From NCBI GenBank assembly GCA_965214095.1, contig OZ243938.1, forward strand, positions 2,624,001 through 2,688,000: 64,000 nucleotides of DNA. Direction: 5' to 3'. The notes under the pieces were generated by a model. It had not been told where the DNA came from and searched no databases. It saw only the letters and a program-made list of their open reading frames with translations. Below are positions 21,996 through 33,122 of the stretch, piece by piece. A program made the position numbers and the translations under genes. The DNA is from Candidatus Poribacteria bacterium (GTDB lineage: Bacteria; Poribacteria; WGA-4E; WGA-3G). Numbering within the stretch: the stretch's first letter is position 1; each line of letters starts with the position of its first letter.

Positions 21996-23053
21996 GCAAA
22001 GACTATCCTATGGAATTGGTTGCGACATTCAAGTATACCAGTACGTTGTGCATCCGGATGAACCCGATTTGTCAAAAGGATAGCAGCCAATCCTTTTTCA
22101 AGATCAATCCGTATGGAAGTACCTGTAAATCCTGTATGATACATTGAGCCATCCGCAAGGATATGCCACCCGATACTCCGCTGTTCCGAAGCGTCAGGTG
22201 GTGTTTGAGGCATTGCTAATGTCTGAACACTTTCAGGAGATATAAGCGTGTCACCATCCTGTAGAAGCATCTGACAGAATGTCTTAAGGTCTCTTGTGTT
22301 AGAAAAAAGACCAGCATTGCCGGAAACGCCTCCAAGATAGTTAGCGTTTTCATCGTGGACTTCACCGATGATTACACCTTCGCGCCAGTCGTGTCCCTTA
22401 TAATAGCGACCGTGTTGTCCAGAATGGACCATCCTGCGTTCATAACTATTTGAGTCTTCTGTTGCAGCGCAGTTATCGTGTGTCTGCGGTGATGGATTGT
22501 ATGAAGTGCGGTTCATGCCAAGCGGTTTGAAGATGGCGTTATGTGCTAAAGAATCTAAATCCTCACCTGTAATCGCAGAGATAAGTTTTCCCATCAGAAT
22601 ATACCCTAAACAACTATAAGTAACCTTTTCACCAGGTTTGGCTTCAAGCGGCATGTTGCCAAGGTGTTCTATGACATTTTCTGATGATGTTGTTTCAATA
22701 TAAAGCGGTTTCCATGCTGGTAAACCAGAGGTATGAATAAGAAGGTGACGACACGTAATGTGCGGCTGTTTGAGTTCAGGCAGGTATGTTTGTGCAGGTT
22801 CATCTAAGGATAATTTCCTTGATTCAACTAACTGCATGGTCAACGTTCCGATGACAATGGATTTTGTTAGGGATGCAAGGTCAAATAATGTATCGGGTAG
22901 CATCGGTGCTTGCTTCGGTGTTATGATACGATCACCGAACGCTGCATGGTAAATAACCTTGTCTTTATTAAGGATTGCGACAACTGCACCCGGGAATATC
23001 TGTTCCGATATTTTCTGCTCAATAAGTGTTGAAATTGCTTGGACATTCATCAC
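21992..23053 (-). CDS. Serine hydrolase, beta-lactamase class C/AmiE-like
   Basis: FDLASLTK (SxxK), LLIHTSGLP, YSCLGY, GEVHDENA, HTGFTGT, LLTNRVHP; 4-bp ATGA overlap with namZ. Confidence 0.88.
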   Translation of the reverse strand: MMNVQAISTLIEQKISEQIFPGAVVAILNKDKVIYHAAFGDRIITPKQAPMLPDTLFDLASLTKSIVIGTLTMQLVESRKLSLDEPAQTYLPELKQPHITCRHLLIHTSGLPAWKPLYIETTSSENVIEHLGNMPLEAKPGEKVTYSCLGYILMGKLISAITGEDLDSLAHNAIFKPLGMNRTSYNPSPQTHDNCAATEDSNSYERRMVHSGQHGRYYKGHDWREGVIIGEVHDENANYLGGVSGNAGLFSNTRDLKTFCQMLLQDGDTLISPESVQTLAMPQTPPDASEQRSIGWHILADGSMYHTGFTGTSIRIDLEKGLAAILLTNRVHPDAQRTGILECRNQFHRIVFA

Positions 23054-23128
23054 CTATAAGTCTATCTTATTCTTAGGACGATGTCAATAAGTTTGCGGGT
23101 CATTTATCTGGTTTAACGTGAATATCAT

Positions 23129-23160
23129 ACGCACATTCACCAAGTGCAATTCATTGCACC
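23129..23160. repeat. 28-bp dispersed repeat, copy 2, with complete hairpin
   Basis: Identical to 10323-10350 and extends to the palindrome gtgcaattcattgcac. Confidence 0.85.
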
Positions 23161-23174
23161 TCTTACACTTATTG

Positions 23175-23201
23175 GTAGGCAAGGTTTCCTAACCTCGCCG
23201 A
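23175..23201 (+). repeat. GTAG-type REP hairpin
   Basis: gtaggcaaggtttcctaacctcgccga; near-identical to the minus-strand REP at 1611-1637. Confidence 0.75.
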
Positions 23202-23264
23202 TTCTGATCGTTCAAGTAATTCCGAAACCTACAATTCAACTGAGAAATCAACCTTGAGATAAGA

Positions 23265-23306
23265 AAATCCTGGAAATCTACTAATCCTGAAAATCTTGGT
23301 TCAGAT
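23265..23306 (+). repeat. AATCCTG-type short tandem repeat
   Basis: aaatcctgg aaatctact aatcctga aaatcttgg ttcagat; related atcctgattca/tgaatcaggat at 32113-32156. Confidence 0.5.
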
Positions 23307-23362
23307 AAAAAAGAATTCCACTAAATTTCTGAAATATTTGGGGTGTATATTTACCGTTTTTC

Positions 23363-23371
23363 TGCTATAAT
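23363..23371 (+). promoter_or_regulatory. Extended -10 promoter element upstream of dnaE
   Basis: TGcTATAAT about 80 nt before the ATG; AGGAG RBS follows. Confidence 0.55.
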
Positions 23372-23448
23372 TAAACATGCAAATTAGTTGAAATACAAAC
23401 CGAATTTCTATCGTAAATTTCATTAGAAACTTTCCAACAGGAGAAACC

Positions 23449-26400
23449 ATGTCTTCCGAATTTGTCCATCTACACAACCATAGCGAGTATAGTCTGCTTG
23501 ATGGGGCATGCCGCATTTCCGATATGATACAGTGGGCAGTTGAAAGTAGCGCGCCCGCTGTTGCACTCACTGACCACGGCAATATGTTCGGGGCATGGGA
23601 GTTTTACACCAAAGCAAAAGAGGCTGGTGTAAATCCTATTGTCGGATGTGAGGTATACGTCGCCCCAGGTAGCAGAGAAAAACGTGGAAAAGACCAAGGC
23701 AGTCCATATCATTTGACACTTCTCGTAGAGAACGCAACCGGCTACCGAAATCTCCTTGAATTGGTGTCGCGCGGCTACACAGAAGGTTTTTATAGTAAAC
23801 CGCGCATTGACATGGAGATTTTGGGTGAACACCGCGAAGGGATTATTGCACTAACAGGATGTATTCAAGGACAAGTCCCGCAACTCATCGCTTCAAATCA
23901 GCGAGATGATGCTATCCAAAACTTCAAAAATCTCATTGAAACAATGGGACCGCGTAACCTCTACGTTGAAGTGCAAAATCACTACATCGATAAGGAACTT
24001 CAGGCATATCCGATAATGATGGAATTGGCGAAAGAATTTGAACTGCCACTCGTCGGTACAAACGATTGCCACTATCTACGCAAATCAGACCATCACATGC
24101 ACGATGTGCTCCTCTGTATCCAAACAAAGAAAACCGTCAACGAACAAGATCGAATGCGGTTTGACAATCATTTTTACTTTAAAGACATTGACGAAATGCG
24201 GGAGGTCCTAAAGGATTTCCCACCCGAAGCTATTAGCAACACACTTGAAATTGCAAATCGGTGCAATCTGGAATTGGATTATGGCGAGAGCGTCATGCCG
24301 AAATATGAGGTGCCAGAGGGATATACTAATGAGAGTTACCTAAAGGAACTCTGTTATCAAGGCTTACGTGAAAAATTGGGAGGGGAACTCTCCACAGAAG
24401 TCCAGCAACGGTTGGAGCATGAACTTGACATTATCAATAAGACCGGTTACCCAGGTTATTTCCTGATTGTATGGGACTACGTAAAATACGCCAACCAGCA
24501 AGGATATCCACTCACTGCGCGTGGTTCTGCTGCCGGCAGTCTCGTACTGTACGCACTTGATGTCATAGCCTTCAATCCGATGGATTATGATTGCTTATTT
24601 GAAAGGTTTTTGAACCTTGAGCGAATCAGTCCACCTGACATTGATATTGACTTTGCAGACAGGGCAAGAGATCATGTTATTGAGTATCTCGTAAATAAAT
24701 ACGGACACGATTCTGTCGGCAAAGTCGCTACCTTTTCTACTTTAGGTGCAAAGGGAGCTATTAAAGATGTCGGGCGCGCACTTGATGTACCGCTCGAAAA
24801 TGTCAATAAGCTAACGCAATTAATTCCAAGTATACCAGGCATTTCTATTGATGATGCGTTGGAACAGGTGCCTGAATTTCAAACACTTGCTGAGCAACCA
24901 GAAAATAAAGAACTGATGGATCTCAGTTTAGCAGTTGAAGGTATGAAACGGCACGTCTCTTGTCACGCATCTGCCATTGTTGTTTCAAATGGTAAACTCA
25001 CAGATTTTGCCCCGCTTTTCAAGGATAAACATGATCAGGTCGCAACGCAGTTTGAACATAAAACGGTTGAAAATGTAGGTATCGTCAAATTCGATTTCCT
25101 CGGTTTACGGAGTCTTACCGAGATTCATGATTGCCTCCAAATGGTAAAGACGAATCATGGGGTGGACATCAAATTAGATAGTATTCCGTTTGACGATGAT
25201 AAAACATTTTCTGTTATCAGTAGAGGACTACTCGCTGGTTTGTTTCAACTCGAAACTTCTCCCGGCATGTATAGGGTTGTTACACAACTTAAAACGAATA
25301 ATTTCAAGGAATTCTCGGCAATTCCCGCACTCTATCGTCCGGGGCCATTAGAAAGCGGCATGATGCAACAATTCATTGATCGTAAAAATGGATTGGAAGA
25401 AGTAGAATATATGCATCCATCGCTTGAGAATGCACTGAAAAATACTTATGGTGTATGTGTTTATCAGGAACAGGTGATGCAGATTGCACGTGATATGGCA
25501 GGATTTACGATGGGGGAGGCTGATGTCCTGCGTGATGCCATGGGGAAAAAGAAAGAAAAATTGCTCAAGGAACAGCGACCGAAATTCATTGAAGGAGCGT
25601 TGAAAAACGGGATAGCTGAGCAGGACGCTGCTATGGTGTACGATCAACTTGAACCATTCAGCAGATACGCCTTCAATAAATCACATTCCGTTGCTTATGC
25701 TATGTTAGGTTACCGCATGGCATATTTAAAAACACACTATCCCCATGAATTCATGGCGGCGATGATGACTGGTGAGTCCGGTTATTCCGAAAAAATTACA
25801 CGTTATCGCACAGAATGTGTAAAACTTGCAGATTTTCTTGAAGTTGAAATCAATCTGCTGCCACCAGATGTCAATAGCAGTAATAAAGATTTTATGGTGG
25901 ATGGAAACAATATCTGTTTCGGACTTGTCGCTGTGAAAGGTGTCGGAGATGGTGCAATTGATGCAATCGTAGAAGCACGGAATGAGAACGGGGCATTTAC
26001 GTCCTTACAAGATCTCTGTGAACGTGTGGATACAAAGGTCGTTAATAAACGCGCTATTGAGGGACTTATCCTCTGCGGGGCATTTGATTCGCTTGAAGGG
26101 AATCGGGCGCAACTCCTGACGAACTTACCGACTGTTCTAAAAATCGCACAGAGTGCACAAGCAGAACGCGAACGCGGACAGATGAACCTCTTTGGCGATG
26201 CAGCTGAAATACCTATCACACCTGTAATGCTAACAAATGTTGATGAGTATGAACCGCTTGAACGGCTTAAACTTGAAAAACAACAACTTGGGTTTTATGT
26301 TTCCGGACACCCACTCCAAGAATATACAGACATTATTAATTACTATACATCGGCAAGCACCCAAACACTTGGGGCACATCCAATTGAGGCCATTGTTTCA

Positions 26401-26994
26401 GTGGCAGGGATGATAACGGAAGTTAAAAATCTCACCACGAAAAAAGGGGACTCTATGGCAGTTATCGGCTTTGAGGACCTTGAAGGTTCAATTGAGGTAG
26501 TCGTTTTCCCAGAAGCATATAAAAATGCAGGTGAGTTGTTTGAAGAAAGGGTAGTTTGGATTGAAGGTCCTGTCAAGATTAATCAGAACGGTAGAAACCG
26601 AAATTCTGACGATGAGAATGACACTGAACAGGAAGAACGCCAAATTCAAGCGGACGAAATTGTAGATTTAGAAACTGTCCCAGAACAACAAACAACTGCT
26701 GTTGAGGTTACAGTGCCTGAAACCGATATTGATAATCTTGAAAAACTTAAGTCTCTCAAAGAAATTGCTATTGCCAACAGTGGGAATTTGCACTTAGTTT
26801 TGCGTCTCATGACACCGCAACACGGTGAAGTCATCGCTTGTTGTAGTTCTCAATATAAAATCGCAGATAATGACTCAGTTTTCAAACAGGTGGAAAACCT
26901 ATTCGGTGAAAATTGCATCAAACGCAGCAATCGCACGAAGCCAAAACCGAAAAAGAAAAATGGGAACCGCAAATCCCGATTTAATTATGTATAG
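23449..26994 (+). CDS. dnaE: DNA polymerase III alpha subunit
   Basis: PHP FVHLHNHSEYSLLDG, ALTDHG, RGSAAGSLV, PDIDIDF, KFDFLGL, YAFNKSHS, OB fold; no intein seen. Confidence 0.98.
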   Translation: MSSEFVHLHNHSEYSLLDGACRISDMIQWAVESSAPAVALTDHGNMFGAWEFYTKAKEAGVNPIVGCEVYVAPGSREKRGKDQGSPYHLTLLVENATGYRNLLELVSRGYTEGFYSKPRIDMEILGEHREGIIALTGCIQGQVPQLIASNQRDDAIQNFKNLIETMGPRNLYVEVQNHYIDKELQAYPIMMELAKEFELPLVGTNDCHYLRKSDHHMHDVLLCIQTKKTVNEQDRMRFDNHFYFKDIDEMREVLKDFPPEAISNTLEIANRCNLELDYGESVMPKYEVPEGYTNESYLKELCYQGLREKLGGELSTEVQQRLEHELDIINKTGYPGYFLIVWDYVKYANQQGYPLTARGSAAGSLVLYALDVIAFNPMDYDCLFERFLNLERISPPDIDIDFADRARDHVIEYLVNKYGHDSVGKVATFSTLGAKGAIKDVGRALDVPLENVNKLTQLIPSIPGISIDDALEQVPEFQTLAEQPENKELMDLSLAVEGMKRHVSCHASAIVVSNGKLTDFAPLFKDKHDQVATQFEHKTVENVGIVKFDFLGLRSLTEIHDCLQMVKTNHGVDIKLDSIPFDDDKTFSVISRGLLAGLFQLETSPGMYRVVTQLKTNNFKEFSAIPALYRPGPLESGMMQQFIDRKNGLEEVEYMHPSLENALKNTYGVCVYQEQVMQIARDMAGFTMGEADVLRDAMGKKKEKLLKEQRPKFIEGALKNGIAEQDAAMVYDQLEPFSRYAFNKSHSVAYAMLGYRMAYLKTHYPHEFMAAMMTGESGYSEKITRYRTECVKLADFLEVEINLLPPDVNSSNKDFMVDGNNICFGLVAVKGVGDGAIDAIVEARNENGAFTSLQDLCERVDTKVVNKRAIEGLILCGAFDSLEGNRAQLLTNLPTVLKIAQSAQAERERGQMNLFGDAAEIPITPVMLTNVDEYEPLERLKLEKQQLGFYVSGHPLQEYTDIINYYTSASTQTLGAHPIEAIVSVAGMITEVKNLTTKKGDSMAVIGFEDLEGSIEVVVFPEAYKNAGELFEERVVWIEGPVKINQNGRNRNSDDENDTEQEERQIQADEIVDLETVPEQQTTAVEVTVPETDIDNLEKLKSLKEIAIANSGNLHLVLRLMTPQHGEVIACCSSQYKIADNDSVFKQVENLFGENCIKRSNRTKPKPKKKNGNRKSRFNYV

Positions 26995-27054
26995 TCATTC
27001 CGTTGGTTCCTGATAGGATATCTGTTATATCGTTTAAGAGGAGATTCATCAAAT

Positions 27055-27876
27055 ATGCAATATCGCACACTCGGAAAAACTGGACTCAGCGTTTCAGAAA
27101 TAGGGTATGGCGGCGGTAGAGTTCGGCCAGAGCACGATGTAAATTCGCTTGTCAATATGATACATTACGCCATAGATTGCGGTGTGAACTTCATTGACAC
27201 AGCACCAAACTATGGCGGCGGTTACAGCGAAACGGTTATCGGCAAAGCAATAGCGGGCCGACGGGATGCTTGTATCCTCGCGACAAAAACAGAGGCTTAT
27301 GATCCAGACGGTATCGCAACGGATCTGGAAGGCAGCCTAAAACGACTCGGCACCAACTATATAGATGTACTCCAATTCCATGGCGGTTGGTTTTATGAAA
27401 AAGAAACGGATCAGATTCTAAACGGCGGTGGATTGGAAACATATCTCAAACTGAAGGAAGAGGGAAAGGTTAGGTTTATCGGGTTTTCTGCGGATGGTCC
27501 CTCCGGTGGTGCAGAACAACTCATTGCCACAGGTGAACTTGATATGATGCAAATCCATTACAACCTGATGTATCAAAGCACTTGTGACACCTTCGGTATG
27601 CGAGGTGTTATTCCTGATGCTGTTGCACAAGACATGGGAATTGTGTTGATGCGTTCCACGACAAGCAATGTCTACCAAAATCTTATGAAGCACTGCTTTC
27701 CCAATGTGATGGCGGATGTTGACGTGGATAGTTTTCTCCTCAACTATTCCCTCTCAAACCCGATGGTCAACGTTGCCCTAATGAGCCTGCAAAGCAAAGA
27801 CGATGTAGATTGGACAAGTGCTGTGTCTGATGATGTGGAGGCACGGTTGGATTTGCGTGCGATTCATGGACGGTAG
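27055..27876 (+). CDS. Aldo/keto reductase
   Basis: MQYRTLGKTGLSVSEIGYG, FIDTAPNYG, ILATK, SLKRLGTNYID, GKVRFIGFS. Confidence 0.92.
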   Translation: MQYRTLGKTGLSVSEIGYGGGRVRPEHDVNSLVNMIHYAIDCGVNFIDTAPNYGGGYSETVIGKAIAGRRDACILATKTEAYDPDGIATDLEGSLKRLGTNYIDVLQFHGGWFYEKETDQILNGGGLETYLKLKEEGKVRFIGFSADGPSGGAEQLIATGELDMMQIHYNLMYQSTCDTFGMRGVIPDAVAQDMGIVLMRSTTSNVYQNLMKHCFPNVMADVDVDSFLLNYSLSNPMVNVALMSLQSKDDVDWTSAVSDDVEARLDLRAIHGR

Positions 27877-27903
27877 GTGTATCTCTAAACACACCAGTTC
27901 TTT

Positions 27904-28257
27904 TTAAGGTTTTCGGGGTGGTCTTTCATCAACCGATGCCTCTTCCTTGCTCAACACTTCTACGAGATGATATTCATACTTTCCCACATCTTGAATACCT
28001 TCTGGCCGCTCCTCAAGTCTGACTTTGAGCCTGTAGATATATCCAGGTTCAAAGTCAAAGCCTTGTATTCCTTCATAGAAAAACTCCCACCGTTCCCTTT
28101 CCTCGTTGTATTCAAGATAGCATTCCTGTTCAAACGCTCCGATGCAAGTTGTTCTATAGGGACCAATGATGATTATTTCTGTGTGCTGTCCCCGATCACA
28201 TCCGATTGTGAGGGATAGGAAGAGTAATGTGAGTATTAGTTTTGTAGTGTTTTGCAT
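27904..28257 (-). CDS. DUF4377-domain lipoprotein
   Basis: Lipobox LTIGC; CIG..EQECY and WEFFYEGIQGFDFEPGYIYRLKV. Confidence 0.8.
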   Translation of the reverse strand: MQNTTKLILTLLFLSLTIGCDRGQHTEIIIIGPYRTTCIGAFEQECYLEYNEERERWEFFYEGIQGFDFEPGYIYRLKVRLEERPEGIQDVGKYEYHLVEVLSKEEASVDERPPRKP

Positions 28258-28342
28258 GTTTTTCTATATTATAAAATATGGAAAAGATCTTTAATATATG
28301 ACTTTTAGATTTTTTTTTGCTTTATAACTCGTAGCAAGCGTT

Positions 28343-28846
28343 TTACGTTATTTCAAGCCATGTCTCTAATGTTTCAATTGGATCAGTTTCCGGATTGAAA
28401 ATTAATAGTCCTTCATTACTTGCTGCTCTCAAGAGACGTTGATCAGATGCTACAAGGACGAGTGTGTCCTCTTTAGTACGAAATTCTGTATTGATTTCTA
28501 AAGCAGAACGTAGCACCATTGCATCAACGCTGTTAATGGAATGTGTTTCAACTAAATTTAACGATGTCCAAACAAGTGAATTTGGAACAGGAGCAGTATA
28601 GAAATCGGATGTGTCTGAGGTTACCTCACGAGTTAAGTTTACTACGGCATGTGTGAATTCGTGTGGGGTTATACGTTTGTCGTTTTTCTTACGGACACAG
28701 ATCCAAAAGACTTCTGCTGCCCCAAGTGTCAAACATTTTAACTGGTTTAAAGAGACATTTTCAAAAAAATAGTCAACTTTTTTACTACCAACCTCTTCGG
28801 TATACCGTTTGACAAGAGCACTTGCATCCAAGTAGAAATAATACAC
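28343..28846 (-). CDS. PIN-domain (VapC-like) toxin
   Basis: YLDASALVKRYTEEVGS, conserved Glu, SVDAMVLRSA, LVASDQRL. Confidence 0.9.
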   Translation of the reverse strand: MYYFYLDASALVKRYTEEVGSKKVDYFFENVSLNQLKCLTLGAAEVFWICVRKKNDKRITPHEFTHAVVNLTREVTSDTSDFYTAPVPNSLVWTSLNLVETHSINSVDAMVLRSALEINTEFRTKEDTLVLVASDQRLLRAASNEGLLIFNPETDPIETLETWLEIT

Positions 28847-28848
28847 AG

Positions 28849-29172
28849 TTATTTCTCACGTTCTTCAATAATAGCACGACTAAACTCGTTATCCTCGGCG
28901 CGGATACGATTTGCCATACTTTTCCGAATGTCTTCAACTGGTATAGGTTCTACATCAGCAATTCCCATTTTTTCAAGGAGTTCATTGATTATTTTGGTTG
29001 CCTCTTTCTTCTCGGACTTGTTAGATGTGTGTGGTTCATTGCTTGTTCTATCTTGACCAAGCGCGTTTGGTGCTAACTCATCAACAAGATAAGACAGTTG
29101 ATGAGAAACTTTATCTATCTTTTTTTCCAACAGATTTATCCTATTGGTTAATGTTTCAAGTGTTTCTGGCAT
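28849..29172 (-). CDS. Putative antitoxin of the PIN toxin
   Basis: AGGAG RBS; 107 aa, 2 nt upstream of the PIN gene; C-terminal SRAIIEER typical of VapB-like partners. Confidence 0.7.
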   Translation of the reverse strand: MPETLETLTNRINLLEKKIDKVSHQLSYLVDELAPNALGQDRTSNEPHTSNKSEKKEATKIINELLEKMGIADVEPIPVEDIRKSMANRIRAEDNEFSRAIIEEREK

Positions 29173-29322
29173 GATTCTTTTCTCCTAAATTATTGTTAGT
29201 GTTTGATAGCATGTCAAATTTTCAATGTTACCAAATTTTACAATATTTTAACTTGTTTAGGCAATAAAATAGTAGTATAAAGAGAAATGGATTAGTATCT
29301 TACTAATAAAGTAATTCTTTAG

Positions 29323-31992
29323 TTACGTAGACAGGAAATTCCGAATCACATAGTCCAGAATCCCGCCATTCTTATAGTATTCTACTTCTACCGGTGAATC
29401 AATACGGATTAACAATTGAGTTGTCTGCGTCTCACCGTTTGTTCGAGAAACCGTCATCGTTGCTGTCTGTCCCGATTGCAGGTCATCAGCGAAACCTGTG
29501 ATACTGATAATCTCACTACCATCTAAGTTAAGACTTTGTGCATTTTCACCATCCATAAACTGCAATGGCAATATACCCATACCGATTAGATTGCTGCGGT
29601 GTATTCGTTCATAACTTTCAACCACAACTGCTTTGACCCCGAACAGTTTAGGTCCTTTTGCAGCCCAATCACGTGAACTTCCCATGCCGTAATCTTGACC
29701 AGCAAAAATAACCGTGGGAATATTGTTTTCATTATAATTGAGTGCTGCTTCGTAGATAGTCGTTTGCGTTTCCTCTGGATATTGAACAGTATAACCACCT
29801 TCAACGTCGGGAGTCATTAAGTTACGGACGCGACGATTTGCAAACGTGCCTCGACTCATCACGCGGTCGTTTCCACGTCTTGCACCGTATGTATTGAAAT
29901 CTCGCGTTTCAACGCCGCGTTCTTGAAGATAACTTCCTGTTGGGCTTGCTGCTGCTATTGCCCCCGCGGGAGATATATGGTCTGTGGTAACTGAATCCCC
30001 AAAGATGCCGAGTATACGTGCATCAGTAATATCCGAAATTTGCGCGGGTTCACGTGAAAATCCTTCAAAGAATGGAGGGTGTTGGATATAAGTACTTCTC
30101 TCGTTCCACGGATAGAGTACACCTGTTGCTCCCGCAAGTTCTTCCCACTCTGGTGCCTGATTCCCAATAGATTCGTACATCTCCTTAAATGTTTTGCGGT
30201 CAACCGCAGCACCGATCATATCCGCAATTTCTTTGCGTGAGGGCCATATATCTCGTAGGTACACTGCTTCACCAGAATCGCTATGCCCGATAGGTTCTTT
30301 GGCAAGATTGATGTCAATTCGACCGGCAAGTCCATAAGCAACTACAAGTGGTGGAGACATGAGGAAGTTTGCTTTTATCTCTGGATGCACCCGCGCTTCA
30401 AAGTTCCTGTTTCCGCTTAAGACACTTGCAGTTACGAGGTCTTCCGCATCAATCGCTTCCTGGACAACATCATTGAGCGGTCCACTGTTACCGATGCACG
30501 TTGTGCAGCCATAACCGACGACGTTATATCCTAATTTTTCTAAATAAGGTAACAGACCTGTGTTTCGCAGATACTCCGTAACAACACGCGACCCTGGGGC
30601 TAAACTTGTTTTTACATAATCCGGAACACGCAATCCTTTCTCAACTGCTTTTTTTGCAAGCAATCCCGCACCAATCATCACTGATGGGTTGCTTGTATTT
30701 GTGCAGCTGGTAATTGCCGAGATGACAACTGCCCCGTGCGTGATTTCCCCTTTGCTTTCCGTTTCTGTTACACCAAACCCATCTTCTGCTACAGGACGCG
30801 TGAGGAGTTCGTTGAAAGTTTCTTTGACATCTGATAAAGCTATTCTATCTTGTGGACGTTTTGGTCCAGCGATACTCGGTTCAATATCGTTCAGATTTAT
30901 CTCCAATACATCGGAGTATTCTACATCACCGAGACGCGGAATGCCGAACAGTCCTTGTGCTTTGAGATACGTTTCCACTAAGTCAACATGTGTTTCATCG
31001 CGTCCAGTGAGACGGAGATAATTCATTGTTTCAGTGTCAGGCGGGAAAAATCCGATCGTTGCGCCGTATTCAGGACACATGTTTGATAGCGTTGCCCGGT
31101 CAGGTAGCGAAAGTGCTTCTACACCTTCACCGAAGAATTCAACAAACTTACCAACAACCGCAGCCTCTCTGAGTCGTTGTGTTACAGTCAGGACAAGGTC
31201 TGTTGCGGTGATCCCTTCTTTAAGTTCACCTGTCATATAAACACCAAGCACTTCAGGAGTTAAAATGTATACAGGCTGCCCCAACATGGCAGCTTCAGCC
31301 TCAATGCCACCAACACCCCACCCGACAATGCCGAGACCGTTGATCATCGTCGTATGTGAATCTGTCCCGACAACTGTATCAGGATATACGACTGCTTCTT
31401 CAGTCATTACAACCTGCGCGAGGTATTCTAAATTTACTTGATGTACTATGCCGATGGAGGGCGGTATGATATTGAACTTCTCAAACGCTTGTTGTCCCCA
31501 TTTCAGGAATTCGTATCGTTCCTTGTTACGTTCAAATTCTCTTTGGGTGTTAAATTGAAAAGCGTTTTCTGTGCCGTAAGCGTCAACTTGGATTGAGTGA
31601 TCAATCACTAAATCGACAGGAACGAGGGGTTCAATCATTTGTGCGTCACCACCGAGTTCTGCAACAGCAGATCGCATCGCGGCAATATCCACAACAAGCG
31701 GAACACCAGTGAAATCCTGTGCAACAACGCGGGCAGGTTTAAACGGAATTTCTGCTGCTTTTGGAGATTTCGAATCCCAATTGGCTAAGTTGATTACGTC
31801 TTGTTCAGTGATTTGATGTCCATCATAATTACGGAGTAACGATTCAAGTAGTATACGAATACTGACAGGTAGGCTTTCAATTGAACCTTTACCTGCATCC
31901 GCTAAGGCAGGAAGCGAGTAGTAGGCATTTTCAAGTCCTTCGCTTTCAAGGATTTGACGTGTATTAAATAGATTGTGAGAGGGGCTGGGCAT
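29323..31992 (-). CDS. acnA: Aconitate hydratase AcnA
   Basis: [59 protein letters not shown]; AAGGAG RBS favours ATG 31992 over 32007. Confidence 0.98.
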   Translation of the reverse strand: MPSPSHNLFNTRQILESEGLENAYYSLPALADAGKGSIESLPVSIRILLESLLRNYDGHQITEQDVINLANWDSKSPKAAEIPFKPARVVAQDFTGVPLVVDIAAMRSAVAELGGDAQMIEPLVPVDLVIDHSIQVDAYGTENAFQFNTQREFERNKERYEFLKWGQQAFEKFNIIPPSIGIVHQVNLEYLAQVVMTEEAVVYPDTVVGTDSHTTMINGLGIVGWGVGGIEAEAAMLGQPVYILTPEVLGVYMTGELKEGITATDLVLTVTQRLREAAVVGKFVEFFGEGVEALSLPDRATLSNMCPEYGATIGFFPPDTETMNYLRLTGRDETHVDLVETYLKAQGLFGIPRLGDVEYSDVLEINLNDIEPSIAGPKRPQDRIALSDVKETFNELLTRPVAEDGFGVTETESKGEITHGAVVISAITSCTNTSNPSVMIGAGLLAKKAVEKGLRVPDYVKTSLAPGSRVVTEYLRNTGLLPYLEKLGYNVVGYGCTTCIGNSGPLNDVVQEAIDAEDLVTASVLSGNRNFEARVHPEIKANFLMSPPLVVAYGLAGRIDINLAKEPIGHSDSGEAVYLRDIWPSRKEIADMIGAAVDRKTFKEMYESIGNQAPEWEELAGATGVLYPWNERSTYIQHPPFFEGFSREPAQISDITDARILGIFGDSVTTDHISPAGAIAAASPTGSYLQERGVETRDFNTYGARRGNDRVMSRGTFANRRVRNLMTPDVEGGYTVQYPEETQTTIYEAALNYNENNIPTVIFAGQDYGMGSSRDWAAKGPKLFGVKAVVVESYERIHRSNLIGMGILPLQFMDGENAQSLNLDGSEIISITGFADDLQSGQTATMTVSRTNGETQTTQLLIRIDSPVEVEYYKNGGILDYVIRNFLST

Positions 31993-32112
31993 TACAAACT
32001 CCTTCATATAGTAATATGTTTTCTATTTTGTTATTTTACCACAGTAGGGAGCGGATTTCAATTGTTTTCAAAGGCATGCTCGTAACGGAAGGATCAAAGG
32101 TAGACAAGGAAA

Positions 32113-32156
32113 ATCCTGATTCAATCAATATAAGAAGTGTTTGACTGAATCAGGAT
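32113..32156. repeat. 11-bp inverted repeat (possible terminator for the NPCBM gene or repeat remnant)
   Basis: atcctgattca ... tgaatcaggat with a 22-nt loop. Confidence 0.5.
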
Positions 32157-32205
32157 CGTTTATGGTTTGAAATTAATCTAACGGTCTACCTTACATGGAT
32201 AAGAA

Positions 32206-32985
32206 TTAATAACGGGCTTTGAGGCTGCCCCAGATTGTTGGGAGTTTGTTAGCGGGTTCAACTGCGGTTACTGATGTAGTGAGGAGCTTAGCATCTCCCA
32301 AGCAGGAGTGGTCGCAGCCTAATCCATCGCCACCATCACCCATAACAATCGTAAGTTCTGATGCCCCTTCAGGGATGTCAAATTCAACTTTCAAAGGTTC
32401 AACATTTTCACCATCTGCTGTGCCTGTCAAAGTTTCGGTTGATTCTACTTCTGTTCCATCAATTGAAAAGACAAAATGACTACTACCACCGTGTCCACAA
32501 TCCCCTGGATCCTTTTCATCGGACATGCCAGCATACCCTTCAAATCTGACGTAATCATCACCAGTTAAATCGTAGACAAAAGTTCCGACAGAATGTGCCC
32601 CAAAACCACGTTCAAAATAGGTGCCACCAATGACGATGTGATTACGGGTTGTTGCACCTTCCCCGATAGTGGCGTTATCAAAGTTCAAGGGACCTCCCCA
32701 ACCTGTCCATTCAGCAACAGGGTTCTTGGGAATAAGACCGCAAGCGTTTGCTTTCGGTTGACTTCCACCAACTACTGCCAAGTAAACAACACCGTCCCGG
32801 GTATCTTCTTCAACAACTTCATCATAGTCGTTCTGTGTAGCAACCTCTTCTGAACTAACTTGTGAAATAGGTTTTGCTCCGTCACCATCTAAGTTTGTGC
32901 AGTCACTTTTGTCAGCATGAATGCCGAAAACGAGACATACGATTAGTAAAATACTTATTGCAATTAAACTATTATATTTCAACAT
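32206..32985 (-). CDS. Secreted NPCBM/NEW2-domain protein with C-terminal TxWG tail (paralogue 2)
   Basis: GGAGG RBS; signal peptide; IGGTYFERGFGAHS, YDL, FEGYAGMSD, DGGDGLGCDH; ends AVEPANKLPTIWGSLKARY. Confidence 0.85.
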   Translation of the reverse strand: MLKYNSLIAISILLIVCLVFGIHADKSDCTNLDGDGAKPISQVSSEEVATQNDYDEVVEEDTRDGVVYLAVVGGSQPKANACGLIPKNPVAEWTGWGGPLNFDNATIGEGATTRNHIVIGGTYFERGFGAHSVGTFVYDLTGDDYVRFEGYAGMSDEKDPGDCGHGGSSHFVFSIDGTEVESTETLTGTADGENVEPLKVEFDIPEGASELTIVMGDGGDGLGCDHSCLGDAKLLTTSVTAVEPANKLPTIWGSLKARY

Positions 32986-33044
32986 AATGTACCTCCGCAG
33001 GTTTGGTAAAACACAGTTTAATATGTACAGTCAATTTATTCATT

Positions 33045-33097
33045 ATATATTGTGAGTAATCAAGGAATAGTGTTATACTTGATTACTCACAATATAT
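33045..33097. terminator. Perfect 20-bp stem hairpin between the NPCBM paralogues
   Basis: atatattgtgagtaatcaag / cttgattactcacaatatat with a 13-nt loop, about 25 nt past the stop of 33123..33932. Confidence 0.75.
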
Positions 33098-33122
33098 TAA
33101 CAATATTTTCCCAAAAGTAAGT

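Noticed and set aside
21992-23053. Beta-lactam resistance gene
   Set aside because: No signal peptide, YSC instead of YxN, and context with namZ/anmK points to cell-wall salvage.
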